From positions 169,272 through 233,271 of the forward strand of contig JAVKIH010000002.1 in the NCBI GenBank assembly GCA_031459625.1: a DNA stretch of 64,000 nt. The letters are read 5' to 3'. Of the stretch, positions 9,059 through 18,481 are shown in pieces. Both the position numbers and the translations under genes were made by a program. This stretch comes from Candidatus Geohabitans tengchongensis (lineage in GTDB: Bacteria > Sysuimicrobiota > Sysuimicrobiia > Sysuimicrobiales > Humicultoraceae). How positions within the stretch are numbered: position 1 is the first letter of the stretch; every line of letters starts with the position of its first letter. The notes under the pieces are model-generated. The model did not search any database, was not told the origin of the DNA, and saw nothing but the letters and a program-made list of their open reading frames with translations.

Positions 9059-10438
9059 CTAGGGTCGCGGGGACTGCGCCACCGTCGGTACCCGGCCGGC
9101 GGCCACCCGCTGCCGGGCGAGCTGCACCGCCCGGGCCAGCGGCGGGTCCACCCCCCGCTCCAGATCCTCGACGGTGAGCTCCAGGGTGACGTGCGGGGTC
9201 ACGCCCTCGCGCTCCAGCCGGGCGCCCTTCGCCGAGCGCATCCGCAGGATCGTCACCGAGAGCGCCGAGCCGTCGGAGAGGCGGTAGAGCGTGCTCGCCT
9301 CCACGGCGCCGGCCGTCTTCGTCCCCACGATCAGGGCCCGCCCGTGCTCCTTCAACGCCGCGGCCAGCAGCTCGGCCGCCGACGCGCTGCCCTCGTCCAC
9401 CAGGACCACCATCGGCACCGTCCGCGGCAGGAAGGCCGGCGCCCGGGTGCGCACGACCGTCGTCTGCCCGCCCCGCGTCGTCTCCTGGTAGATGGGGAGC
9501 CCCGCCGGGAGCAGCAGGTTCAGCGTCCCGCGCAGCTCGTGGAGGAAGCCGCCGCTGTTGCCGCGCACGTCCAGCACCAGCGCCCGCATCCCCTGCCCGA
9601 GCAGCCGCCCCAGCGCGGCCCGCATCTCCGCCGTCGTCCCCTCGACGAACTGGTAGAGCTGGACGTAGCCGATGCCGGGCTGGACCATCTCCGCGGCGAA
9701 GACGGAGGGCATCTCGATGGGCGCCCGCACCACGGTCACGACGAGCGGCGTGGGGCGGCCGGGACGCTGCAGGGTCAGCGTCACCGCCGTCCCCTCGGGA
9801 CCGCGGATCAGGTTCACCACCTGGTCCACCTCCAGGCCGCTGGTGGAGACATCGCCGACGCGCAGGATGCGGTCGAACCGTCGCACGCCGGCGCGCTGGG
9901 CCGGGGTGTTGGGGATGACGTCCCGCACGTAGAAGCGCCCCTCGTTCGGCAGCAGCACGATGCCGACACCGGAGAAGAAGGCCTCGCGGCGCTGCTTGCG
10001 CAGGCGCTCGGTGTACTGCTCCGGCGTCATGAAGCCTGTGTGGGAGTCGTTGAAGGCGGCGGTCATCCCGCGGATGGCGGCGTAGGCCAGCGCCTGGGCC
10101 GAGAGCTTCCCCTGGACCGCCGCCTGTGCGGCGTCGAAGCGGGCGCGGAAAAGGCGGTCCGCCTCGCCGTCGGTGGTCCCCGGCGGCAGGGGCTCGAGGG
10201 TGACGGTCACGCCGGCCGCGGCCAGCGCCCGCTCCAGAGTGGTCAGCGCCGCGTTCAGCAGCCGCACGCGGTCGACCGGGTCGACGTAGTGCTGGTCGAG
10301 CACCCCGAGGGCCTCCAGGACCAGCCCGGCGTCGGCAGGTGCGGCCTGCCCCCGGCCGACATGCGGCGCCAGGAGCAGGCCCGCAGCCAGGACCACCCCG
10401 AGGGCCAGGACCTGCCACGGCGCAGCCCGTCGCTTCAC
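9059..10438 (-). CDS. S41 family peptidase with PDZ domain
   Basis: Signal peptide; DSHT, PDZ (TPAQRAGVRRFDRI), DVRGNSGG, SASAAE. Confidence 0.9.
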   Translation of the reverse strand: MKRRAAPWQVLALGVVLAAGLLLAPHVGRGQAAPADAGLVLEALGVLDQHYVDPVDRVRLLNAALTTLERALAAAGVTVTLEPLPPGTTDGEADRLFRARFDAAQAAVQGKLSAQALAYAAIRGMTAAFNDSHTGFMTPEQYTERLRKQRREAFFSGVGIVLLPNEGRFYVRDVIPNTPAQRAGVRRFDRILRVGDVSTSGLEVDQVVNLIRGPEGTAVTLTLQRPGRPTPLVVTVVRAPIEMPSVFAAEMVQPGIGYVQLYQFVEGTTAEMRAALGRLLGQGMRALVLDVRGNSGGFLHELRGTLNLLLPAGLPIYQETTRGGQTTVVRTRAPAFLPRTVPMVVLVDEGSASAAELLAAALKEHGRALIVGTKTAGAVEASTLYRLSDGSALSVTILRMRSAKGARLEREGVTPHVTLELTVEDLERGVDPPLARAVQLARQRVAAGRVPTVAQSPRP

Positions 10439-10568
10439 GTCGCTCCTCCCATCAGCGCAGCCGCCTCCGCGCCGCGCACGGTCTCGACCCTCCCGCCCTC
10501 ATCCCGCGGACGGCGCCGGTCCCGCACACCGCCGCCCGTCCACCGCCGCGCTCACGGTGCCAGCCCCC

Positions 10569-11297
10569 TCACAGCGCCGGCCGGAAGGGCAGCAGCCGGA
10601 AGAGCCAGGCGTTCACCGTATACACGAGGTCGGTCACCAGCGCCAGCCCCATGACCACCAGGAAGGCGCCGCTCAGCGCCGTCGTCGGTCCGGTCAGGCG
10701 GCGCAGGACGCCGAGCGTGTCGAACGCCAGGACGAGCGCCGCGGCGGTGACGAGGAACGGCACCCCCAGCCCGAGCGAGTAGGCGAAGAGCAACGTCGCG
10801 CCCGTCGCGGCATCCTGCTGCGTCGCCGCCAGCGTCAGCACCGCCGCCAGCACCGGCCCCACGCACGGCGTCCAGGCGAAGCCGAAGGCCATCCCCACGG
10901 GGATCGCCCCCAGCAGGCCAACGGGGCGGTGGGTCAGGCGGATGCGTCGCTCCCGCAGGAGGAACGGCGCACGGGTCAGCACCGCCACCCCCAGGAGGAG
11001 GACCACGGCCCCACCCACGCGGCTCAGCCAGACCCGGTTGGTCAGGACGAAGCCGCCGACCACCGAGGCCGACGCCCCCAGCGCCGTGAACACCAGGGCA
11101 AACCCCAGGACGAAGAGGGCCGTGGCGCTGAGCACGCGGGCCAGGTGACGGCGGCGCTCCCGCGGGTCCAGCGCGGGGAGCGCGACCCCCGAGACGAACG
11201 AGACGTAGCCGGGGATGAGGGGGACGATGCAGGGCGACAGGAACCCCAGCACGCCCGCCGCGAAGGCGACGAGGATGCCGACCTCAGCCACGTTCAC
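10569..11297 (-). CDS. ccdA: Cytochrome c biogenesis protein CcdA
   Basis: FLSPCIVPLIPGY and FAWTPCVGPVL cysteine motifs; about six TM segments. Confidence 0.92.
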   Translation of the reverse strand: MNVAEVGILVAFAAGVLGFLSPCIVPLIPGYVSFVSGVALPALDPRERRRHLARVLSATALFVLGFALVFTALGASASVVGGFVLTNRVWLSRVGGAVVLLLGVAVLTRAPFLLRERRIRLTHRPVGLLGAIPVGMAFGFAWTPCVGPVLAAVLTLAATQQDAATGATLLFAYSLGLGVPFLVTAAALVLAFDTLGVLRRLTGPTTALSGAFLVVMGLALVTDLVYTVNAWLFRLLPFRPAL

Positions 11298-11429
11298 ACG
11301 CTCTCGAGCCCCTCTCCGCCTCGCCCCCAGCCTTCCCGCGCCATTCTAGCACCGCCACGCCGCTTCGCTCTGGCACCGGCGCTCCGCTCGTGCAACGGCG
11401 CTGGGGCCGCCGGTGTTCCTGGGTACGTG

Positions 11430-12203
11430 CTACGCCGGCTTCAGCCGCACCGGCGCGCCCGGCCCGAGACCTAGCACCGCCGCGGCGCTCCCCTCCCGGA
11501 CCGCGACCTCCACGAGGCCGTCGCTGCCCGCCAGCACGAGGAGTTCTCCCGTCACCCCCTCGCCGTACGTCCGCCGCACCGCCACCTCCCGCGTGCTGCC
11601 CGGCGTCTCCAGGCGGAGGGCGCCGGCCCCGGGCAGCAGGGTCGCGGGGATGCTGGTGATCAGGTTCCCGAAGGGGTCGATGTAGAGGACCTCGCCGACC
11701 AGATCCTCCCCCTCCCGCCGCCCCACGGCCCAGGCGAGGTCGACGAGGTCCGTGACCGGCACGCCCAGGCGGTCGGGAAGTTCTCCCGCCAGCAGGCGGG
11801 CGGCGGCCGGGGCAAACAGGTCCCGCCCGTGGAACGTCGTGGAGGCACCCGGGAGCGCCACACCCGGGTCAAGGGTCCAGGCCTGCGGCCGCCCCAGACG
11901 GCGAGCCGCGGGGAGCAGCAGCCCGTTGTCCGGCCCGACGAAGAGGTGCCCCCCGCTGCGGACCACCAGCGGGCGGCGGGCGGTACCGACGCCGGGATCC
12001 ACCACGGCCAGGTGGACCGTGCCCGGCGGGCAGAACGGCGCCACCGCGGCGAGCAGGTAGGCCCCCTGCCGGACGTCGTGGCGCGGCACGTCGTGGGTGA
12101 TGTCCAGGAAGAGCGCCTCCACCCGCGCGGCCACGACGGCTTTCATCGCGGCCGGGTAGGGCGAGGCGGACCCGAAGTCGGAGAGCAGGGTGAGCAGCCG
12201 CAT
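11430..12203 (-). CDS. SAM hydroxide adenosyltransferase / chlorinase-fluorinase family (DUF62)
   Basis: TLLSDFG, DITH, VHLAVVDPGVGT.R, GPDNG, STTFHGRDLF, DPFGN. Confidence 0.93.
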   Translation of the reverse strand: MRLLTLLSDFGSASPYPAAMKAVVAARVEALFLDITHDVPRHDVRQGAYLLAAVAPFCPPGTVHLAVVDPGVGTARRPLVVRSGGHLFVGPDNGLLLPAARRLGRPQAWTLDPGVALPGASTTFHGRDLFAPAAARLLAGELPDRLGVPVTDLVDLAWAVGRREGEDLVGEVLYIDPFGNLITSIPATLLPGAGALRLETPGSTREVAVRRTYGEGVTGELLVLAGSDGLVEVAVREGSAAAVLGLGPGAPVRLKPA

Positions 12204-12238
12204 CCCGTGTCAGCCAGCCGACGCCCGGGAGCCGTGCA

Positions 12239-13039
12239 TCACCGCTGGCAGGTGGGGCACCAGAACGACGGACGGCCGCCCAGGCGCCCCTGCCGGATCG
12301 GCGTGCCGTCGCGCGGGCAGGGCTGGCCGGCCCGCCCGTAGACCGCCAGCGGGAACCGCCCGTGCCGTCCGCGGGCGTCGACGAAGTCCGGCTCGCCGCC
12401 CAGGCGGACGGCTTCGCGCAGCACGGTGCGCACTGCGTCGTAGAGCGCCGCCCGCTCGGCCTCACCGAGGGACTCCACCGGCCGGTGGGGCGCCAGGCCG
12501 GCCCGGTGGGCGATTTCGTGAGCCCAGAGGTTGCCGATCCCGGCAACGCGCGCCTGGTCGGTGAGGACCGTCCAGACGGCGCCCCGGGCCCCCGCCAGGC
12601 GCGCCTCGAAGGCGGAGCGCGTGAAGGCGCGGCTCAGCGGGTCGATCCCCAGCTCCTCGACGCCGGGCACCTCGTGGTCCCGCAGCCGCACCAGGTGGAT
12701 CTCGCTGAGCTGCAGCTCCCGGAACTCAAGGGCGCTGCCGTCATCGAAGGTGAGGAGGAGCGCGGTCTCCCGGTCGGGAGCGGGAGGGCGCCGGTGGAGC
12801 CGCACCGCGCCCCAGAGTTTGAAGTGGAAGCGCAGCGCGTGCCCGTCCACACGCAAGACGAGCGACTTCCCCAGCCGTTCCAGGCGCTCCACGCGCTTCC
12901 CGCGCAGCGCCCGCGCCAGGGCGGGGGCAGTGTGGGTGCGCACCGCCACCGGCCGCAACACCTCCACCGCGGTGATGCGCCGGCCCAGGATGGGGCGCAG
13001 GGTGCGGCGGGCGGTCTCGACCTCGGGCAGCTCGGGCAC
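12239..13039 (-). CDS. Fpg/Nei family DNA glycosylase
   Basis: N-terminal (M)PELPEVET, H2TH AGIGN, zinc finger CPRD...CPTCQ. Confidence 0.92.
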   Translation of the reverse strand: MPELPEVETARRTLRPILGRRITAVEVLRPVAVRTHTAPALARALRGKRVERLERLGKSLVLRVDGHALRFHFKLWGAVRLHRRPPAPDRETALLLTFDDGSALEFRELQLSEIHLVRLRDHEVPGVEELGIDPLSRAFTRSAFEARLAGARGAVWTVLTDQARVAGIGNLWAHEIAHRAGLAPHRPVESLGEAERAALYDAVRTVLREAVRLGGEPDFVDARGRHGRFPLAVYGRAGQPCPRDGTPIRQGRLGGRPSFWCPTCQR

Positions 13040-13041
13040 GG

Positions 13042-13908
13042 CTAGCGCAGGAGGCGGGAGAGGCGGCGGTCGGCGTAGACCTTGCCGCCGGTCTGGCAGG
13101 TCGGACAGTAGGTCGTCTCGTGCTCGGCGTAGTAGACGGCGGCAAGGAGCGTCCCGCAACGCGGGCAGGGCTCGCGGGCGTGGCGGTGGACGCGCAGCAG
13201 GTCGAGCGGCTCGCGCTGCGGCCAGGTGCCGGCGAAGCGGCGGCGGTGCGCCTCCACCGCCCGGTCGAGCACGATGCGGACGGCCTCGTAGAGGCGGCGG
13301 CGGGCTGCGTCATCCAGCGTGGCGGTGATGGCGAAGGGGGAGCAGCGGGCCTCCCAGAGGATCTCGTCGGCATAGGCGTTGCCGATGCCGGCCAGGAACG
13401 TCTGCGTGGTGAGGAAGCGCTTGGCCTGGGTGCGCGCCCGGTCCAGGAGGGCGTCCAGCACGTCGGGAGTGAAGGCCGCCTCCAGCGGCTCCACGCCCAA
13501 CGCCGCGACCGGCTCGAGGCGCTCCGCCTCGGCGGTGGGGCGCACCCACAGCCCCGCCCGCTTCCTGGGGCCCGGCTCGACCAGGCGCACCTCTTCGCCG
13601 CCGTCCAGCCGCAGCACGAGGGCGACGTCGCGCGCCGGCCGGCGCGCGCCCGGGGCGAGCAGCAGACGGCCATCGCGCTTCAGGTGGAGGATCAGGGTCA
13701 GTCCCCCGCTCAGGTCGAGGAGGAGGAGCTTCCCGCGGCGGCGCGCGGCCTCCACGCGGCGGGGCGGCACGGCCGCGACGCTGCCGAGCGGCGGCTCCAC
13801 GGTCTTGAGCAGGGAGGGGGCCAGGACGTGGACGCCGGTGACGGGGCGGCCGACGACCTTCGCCCTGAGCGTCTCCACCAGGACCTGCACGAAGGGCAGC
13901 TCAGGCAT
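13042..13908 (-). CDS. Fpg/Nei family DNA glycosylase, second paralogue (Fpg2-like)
   Basis: MPELPFV, RRGK, AGIGNAYADEIL, CPRC...YCPTCQTGGKVYADRRLSRLL. Confidence 0.92.
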   Translation of the reverse strand: MPELPFVQVLVETLRAKVVGRPVTGVHVLAPSLLKTVEPPLGSVAAVPPRRVEAARRRGKLLLLDLSGGLTLILHLKRDGRLLLAPGARRPARDVALVLRLDGGEEVRLVEPGPRKRAGLWVRPTAEAERLEPVAALGVEPLEAAFTPDVLDALLDRARTQAKRFLTTQTFLAGIGNAYADEILWEARCSPFAITATLDDAARRRLYEAVRIVLDRAVEAHRRRFAGTWPQREPLDLLRVHRHAREPCPRCGTLLAAVYYAEHETTYCPTCQTGGKVYADRRLSRLLR

Positions 13909-13929
13909 GGCGCGCGGCCGCCGCCTCCC

Positions 13930-14586
13930 TCACCGGCGCAGGCTGAGCGTCACCCCGTCGTGCAGCGGCAGGATCACGGAGAGGAGCGCGGGATCGCTGA
14001 AGGCGCGCGCGTTGTAGGCGCGGACGCCCTCCCGGGCCTCCTCGTCCCAGAACCCCGGGCCCGAGCCGGGGATGACCTCTCCCCCGAGGAGGGCGTTGTC
14101 CGCCAGGATGAGGCCGCCCGGCGTGGTCAGGCGCAGGGCGTGCTCGAGGTAGGCGGGGTACTCGGCCTTCACCGCATCCAGGAAGATCAGGCCGAAGCCG
14201 GGGTCCAGCTGGGGCAGCACGTCCAGGGCGGCACCCACGCGCACCTCCACCACCTCCGCCAGCCCCGCCTCCGCCAGATTGCGCCGCGCCCGCGCCGCCA
14301 TGGACTCGCGCAGCTCCACGGTGAGCAGCCGGCCGCCCGTCTCGCGCAGCGCGCGGCCCATCCAGATGGCGGCGTACCCGATGGCGGTGCCCACCTCCAG
14401 GGCCCGCGCCGGGCGGGTCGCCCCGATCAGGGCCGCCAGGAGGTGGCCGACGTGGGGGCCGGAGATGGGGATGCGCTCCTCGCGCGCCTGGGCCTCCAGA
14501 TCGGCCAGCAACGGGTCGCGTGGAGGCAGCAGGCCATCGAGGTAGGCGTTGAGTCGCGCTTCGAGCACGTCCGGCATGCGCGCCAT
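13930..14586 (-). CDS. O-methyltransferase (YrrM/CCoAOMT-like)
   Basis: LEVGTAIGY, IFLDAVK..Y, GGLILADN, DGVTL; alternative start at 14577. Confidence 0.92.
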   Translation of the reverse strand: MARMPDVLEARLNAYLDGLLPPRDPLLADLEAQAREERIPISGPHVGHLLAALIGATRPARALEVGTAIGYAAIWMGRALRETGGRLLTVELRESMAARARRNLAEAGLAEVVEVRVGAALDVLPQLDPGFGLIFLDAVKAEYPAYLEHALRLTTPGGLILADNALLGGEVIPGSGPGFWDEEAREGVRAYNARAFSDPALLSVILPLHDGVTLSLRR

Positions 14587-14797
14587 ACGGCAGCCTCACG
14601 CCCGCACGATTGGGGCGTCACCGGAAGGCGGCACCCCTGGGGGGACGGCACTACGGTAGCGCGGCCGGTCGTACCCGTACAGCCACGGGAACGATAGTGG
14701 AGAAGCGAGGGGGGGTGGAGGAGCGCCCGGACACCCACCCCATCGCCGGGGCCGCGACCCGGCCACCGGCCAGGTCGCGGTGAAGGAGGCAACGGGA

Positions 14798-14822
14798 CCC
14801 GGCACCCGCAGGAGGTGCCGGG
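14798..14822 (-). terminator. GC hairpin downstream of the small secreted protein gene
   Basis: CCCGGCACC-N7-GGTGCCGGG inverted repeat. Confidence 0.45.
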
Positions 14823-14851
14823 CTCGCCTCCACGCCCGGGCCTGCTCTTGC

Positions 14852-15082
14852 CTAACGCCCGGCCTGCTGGCGGACGATCCGCTCCGCCTCGGCCCGGCTG
14901 ATCCAGTTGCCCGTCTGCTGGAAGACCAGCCAGCGCAGGTAGCCCGGCAGCGACATGTACATCGTCTGCTGGCTGAACGGCTCCAGCGTGCTGACGTTGG
15001 GCACCTGCTGCGCGGCGGCCCCCTGCACCAGCAGGGCGCCCACGACGAGCGCCGCGAGGACAAGGGACGCCAGGACTCGCAT
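14852..15082 (-). CDS. Small secreted hypothetical protein (76 aa)
   Basis: GGAGG SD; signal peptide ending AAA-Q; compact mature part FSQQTMYMSLPGYLRWLVFQQTGNWISRAEAERIV. Confidence 0.8.
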   Translation of the reverse strand: MRVLASLVLAALVVGALLVQGAAAQQVPNVSTLEPFSQQTMYMSLPGYLRWLVFQQTGNWISRAEAERIVRQQAGR

Positions 15083-15368
15083 GGCGCACACCTCCCTGGA
15101 TTCTGGCATCGGGTCGGGCGGTCCGCCCCAGGCGGCCCGCCCGGAGAAGAGTTTCCCCCGCCCCGGGGACCGGCTAACTCCTCCGCCCGACAGAGGGGCC
15201 GGAGCGGATCGGACAGAGGAGTTCCCCCGAACCGCCATCGAGACAGCCGGGAAGTGGCCGCAGGGTGCATGGAGGCTGCGGGGCCGACGGCTGGCAGGGG
15301 GCAGGGGCGCGGCGATGAAGCAGGCCCCGACGACTGGCAGGGGCGCGGCGGCGGGCAGGCGAAGAGTG

Positions 15369-16418
15369 ATGCGACCGAGAGCGATGTCCCGCTGCTACTG
15401 CGTCGTCGCGCTCCTCGTCGTCGCCGCGCTCGCGCTCCCCGACCCGACCGCCGCCGCCGAGGCCCAGACCGCCCTGGCCGCGGTCCTGGGAGCCTACCAC
15501 CGTCTCCACGACGAGCACCTGCAGCCGCTTGGCCCCGAGGTCCTGCTCACCCGCGCGCTGGCCGCAGCCTTCCGCCAGGTCAGGGTGGGGCGTCCCGTCC
15601 CGTCACCGGTGGTGGCCGACGTCGGCGAGGCGGGGCGTCCGGCAGGCGCCTTTGACCTGCGCGGCGACGAGGCCCGGGACCTGCAGCGGTTCCAGCAGGT
15701 CTTCCTGCTGGCCCTGGCGGGCGCGCCCCACCTCCCACCGTTGGTGGTGGGGCACGCGGCGATCCGCGGGATGACGCAGGCGTACCATGATCCCTACACC
15801 CGGCTGCTGGACGAGGACGGGGCTGCGGGGCCGCCGGTCCCCGGACGGACGGCCGTCACTGTCCGCGCCCTCGACGGCGGGCTGGCGCACCTGGTCGTGC
15901 CGACCCTGGCGGGGGCCGTGCCGCGTCAGGCCCTGCAGGCCATCACCGCGCTGCAGGCCCGCGGGACGCGAGGGCTGATCCTCGACCTGCGCGGCAACGG
16001 CGGAGGACCGGTCCTGGGCGCCATGCTGCTGGCCGGCCCGTTCCTGCCCTCCGGGCCCGTGGCGCGGGCGCGCTACCGCAGCGGGCGGACCGTCCCCTAC
16101 CCTGTCCTGCCGGCGCGGCGGTTCGAGGGCGGCGTGGCGGTCCTGGTCGACGGGGGCACGGCGTCGGCGGCGGAGATCCTGGCCGCGGCGCTACAGGAGG
16201 AGGGCATCCCGCTGGTGGGCCGGCGGACGTACGGCAAGGCGCTGGTGCAGAGCGTGTGGCGCCTCCCCGACGGGGCGATCCTGCAGTACACGACTGCGCG
16301 CGTCCTCACCCCGCAGGGGCGGGACCTGGGCGATCACGGGCTCGCCCCCGACGTAGCGGTGGCCCGGGGTGAGGACCCGCTGGCCGCCGCGGCCGCGCTG
16401 CTGCGGGCGCGGCCCTGA
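15369..16418 (+). CDS. S41 family peptidase lacking a PDZ domain
   Basis: Signal peptide; DPYT, LILDLRGNGGG, TASAAE, TYGKA; start 15369 or 15384. Confidence 0.82.
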   Translation: MRPRAMSRCYCVVALLVVAALALPDPTAAAEAQTALAAVLGAYHRLHDEHLQPLGPEVLLTRALAAAFRQVRVGRPVPSPVVADVGEAGRPAGAFDLRGDEARDLQRFQQVFLLALAGAPHLPPLVVGHAAIRGMTQAYHDPYTRLLDEDGAAGPPVPGRTAVTVRALDGGLAHLVVPTLAGAVPRQALQAITALQARGTRGLILDLRGNGGGPVLGAMLLAGPFLPSGPVARARYRSGRTVPYPVLPARRFEGGVAVLVDGGTASAAEILAAALQEEGIPLVGRRTYGKALVQSVWRLPDGAILQYTTARVLTPQGRDLGDHGLAPDVAVARGEDPLAAAAALLRARP

Positions 16419-16421
16419 GGG

Positions 16422-16466
16422 CTGAGGCCATACAGCGCGGTGTACTGCCTGAGGCCATACAGCGCG
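16422..16466 (+). repeat. 18-bp direct repeat, two copies
   Basis: CTGAGGCCATACAGCGCG at 16422-16439 and 16449-16466. Confidence 0.9.
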
Positions 16467-16495
16467 TTGCGTTCCCTCCCGGGGTGTGCTAGACT
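16467..16495 (+). promoter_or_regulatory. sigma70 promoter of cspA with extended -10
   Basis: TTGCGT-N17-TAGACT with TG before the -10; gives a 5' UTR of about 90 nt. Confidence 0.7.
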
Positions 16496-16594
16496 CCGCG
16501 CGGCAGGTAAGGCGCGGGGCGTCCCCGTACGTCAACAGCGCAGTATCTGTACGTCACCCGCCCAGGGCGGGACAAGAGGAAAGGGGTTGTCTCC

Positions 16595-16795
16595 ATGGCA
16601 ACTGGTACGGTCAAGTGGTTCAGCGCGGAGAAAGGCTACGGCTTCATCTCCGTGGAAGGCGGCAAGGACGTCTTCGTGCACTACACGGCGATTCAGGCCG
16701 ACGGCTTCCGGAACCTCCAGGAAGGCCAGGCGGTGCAGTTCGACATCGTCGAGGGGAAGAAGGGGCCGCAGGCCGCCAACGTGATCCCGCTCTAA
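16595..16795 (+). CDS. cspA: Cold-shock protein
   Basis: [27 protein letters not shown]. Confidence 0.97.
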   Translation: MATGTVKWFSAEKGYGFISVEGGKDVFVHYTAIQADGFRNLQEGQAVQFDIVEGKKGPQAANVIPL

Positions 16796-16819
16796 GACGC
16801 ACCTGTCGGACCACGACCG

Positions 16820-16855
16820 GGAAGCCCGGGCATGCCCCGGGCTTCCGGCATTTCT
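16820..16855 (+). terminator. Intrinsic terminator after cspA
   Basis: GGAAGCCCGGG-N5-CCCGGGCTTCC followed by TTTCT. Confidence 0.65.
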
Positions 16856-16921
16856 CAGCCCCCGGGACACATCCCCCGGGAGACAAGGAAGTGGCCGGCG
16901 GGAGGTGAAGTAGCCGAGCCG

Positions 16922-17194
16922 ATGGGACTGCTCGGTCTGGTGCAGCTCCTCTTCCGGCTCGTCTACCTCCTGCTGCTGGCCCGGGTGGTGATGTCGTGGG
17001 TCTTCCCGCGCGGTGTCGACCACCCCGTGGCGCTGGCGATCTACCGGCTCACCGACCCCATCCTCGAACCGCTGCGCCGGCTCGTCCCCCCCATCGGCGG
17101 CCTCGACATCTCCCCCATCCTGGCGTTCCTGGTCCTGGGCCTCCTCGAGCGGCTGGTCGTGGAGGCGCTGGTGGCCTCAGGGCTGGCCTTCTGA
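16922..17194 (+). CDS. yggT: YggT family membrane protein
   Basis: RVVMSW, LTDPILEPLRRLVPPIGGLDISPILA. Confidence 0.93.
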   Translation: MGLLGLVQLLFRLVYLLLLARVVMSWVFPRGVDHPVALAIYRLTDPILEPLRRLVPPIGGLDISPILAFLVLGLLERLVVEALVASGLAF

Positions 17195-18406
17195 GTCCCC
17201 GTCCCGTCGGTAGCGCCTGCGCCCCCGCGGGAGGCCCGGCACCGTGAGCGCTCCCAGCGCCAGGAGGGCCAGGGTGACGGTGAGGGTGCGCTGCAGGCCC
17301 ACCGCGTCGGCGACGGCACCGAAGAGGGTGAGGGTGAGGGCGGCCACGCCCCAGGCCAGACCCATGACGATGCTCGAGGCCAGGCCGGCGTGCTGCGGCA
17401 GGACCTCCTGGGCCATGACGATGGTCACCGGCGCGGAGAGGTAGATGATCACGCCGGCCACCGGCAGGAGGGCGAGGCGCCACCCCACCGGGGCCTGGAG
17501 GTAGAGCGCGAGGAGCGGCAGCGCGAGCAGGAAGGAGAGGGCCAGCACGGCCCGCCGGCCCCACCGGTCGGCCAGCATGCCGCCCGTGACACCTCCGATG
17601 GCGCCGATGCCCCCGAAGAGGAAGACGGCGGTGCCGCCCATGACCAGCGACACCCCCTGCTGCCGAAGCAGCAGCGGCAGGAAGGTCAGGAACGTCAGCG
17701 TCACGATGCTCCGGACGACCACGTAGGCCCACAGCAGTCCCAGCGTGCGGCGCTCCAGCGCCAGCGCCGACCCGAGCGTGCCGCGCCGCGCGGGCGGGGC
17801 CGTGGGCCAGCGGGCGACGGCCAGCGCCAGGGCTGCCGCCGCCACCACCCCGGGGAGGGCCGCCGCGCCTGTCGCGTCCAGGCCCTGCCACTGCACGATC
17901 GCCGAGATGTACAGGGGGCCCAGCGCGTAGGCCAGCTCGCCGCCGGCCACGAAGATGGAGAGCCCGGCGGCGCGCCGGTCGCCGCTCAGGTGGCCGGCCA
18001 GGGCCGCGCCCTGGGGGTGGAAGGCGGCGGTGCCGAGGCCGGCGGCGAAGAGCGCCAGGACGAGCACCTGGTACGCCGGCAGGAGCCCCAGCAGCGCCAT
18101 CGCCGCCACGGTCAGCGCCGGACCCACGGCGGCCAGCACGCCGGTGCGCAGGCGGTCGGCGAGCAGGCCGAAGAGGGGCTGCGCCAGAGCCGCCGCCGTG
18201 TTGAGGATCGTGCCGAGCAGGCCGGCCAGCGCCAGGCTGAGGTCGAAGCGCGCGACCACCAGCGGCAGGAGCGGGGCCAGCCAGCTCATGTGGAAGTCGT
18301 TGAGGAAGTGGTTGGCCGTCACCCCGAGCAGGCGGCGGAGGTCGGGCGCGCGCGGCGGAGCGACGGGAGGCACGGCTGGAGCCGGACGGGTCGGTGCGAG
18401 GGACAC
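17177..18406 (-). CDS. MFS transporter (Fsr-like)
   Basis: NHFLND, QPLFGLLADR, AAFHP, GGMLADRWGRR; start GTG 18406 or ATG 18415. Confidence 0.9.
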   Translation of the reverse strand: MSLAPTRPAPAVPPVAPPRAPDLRRLLGVTANHFLNDFHMSWLAPLLPLVVARFDLSLALAGLLGTILNTAAALAQPLFGLLADRLRTGVLAAVGPALTVAAMALLGLLPAYQVLVLALFAAGLGTAAFHPQGAALAGHLSGDRRAAGLSIFVAGGELAYALGPLYISAIVQWQGLDATGAAALPGVVAAAALALAVARWPTAPPARRGTLGSALALERRTLGLLWAYVVVRSIVTLTFLTFLPLLLRQQGVSLVMGGTAVFLFGGIGAIGGVTGGMLADRWGRRAVLALSFLLALPLLALYLQAPVGWRLALLPVAGVIIYLSAPVTIVMAQEVLPQHAGLASSIVMGLAWGVAALTLTLFGAVADAVGLQRTLTVTLALLALGALTVPGLPRGRRRYRRDGDSEGQP

Positions 18407-18481
18407 GCCGCCCATTATACCGGAGGTCCCCCACGCGACGAGGAGACGGCGCGCGCGGCCGGCGAATCCCTTGGCGGAACC

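Noticed and set aside
7845..10418. 857-aa M20 ORF and similar Arg/Gly/Pro-rich N-terminal extensions (also 63-2072, 39452-41722, 57712-59580, 60291-62633, 61550-63982)
   Set aside because: The extensions overlap real neighbouring genes in other frames or on the other strand; true starts are internal
11430..12203. Fluorinase/chlorinase natural-product cluster
   Set aside because: Asp/Arg/His motifs of the common DUF62 hydrolases are present and there are no biosynthetic neighbours
14600..14700. SAM riboswitch or leader peptide before the O-methyltransferase
   Set aside because: No recognisable riboswitch core; the short peptide VAVRVRPAALP has no supporting signal
16422..16466. Direct repeat as a CRISPR array
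   Set aside because: Two 18-bp copies with a 9-bp gap and no cas genes
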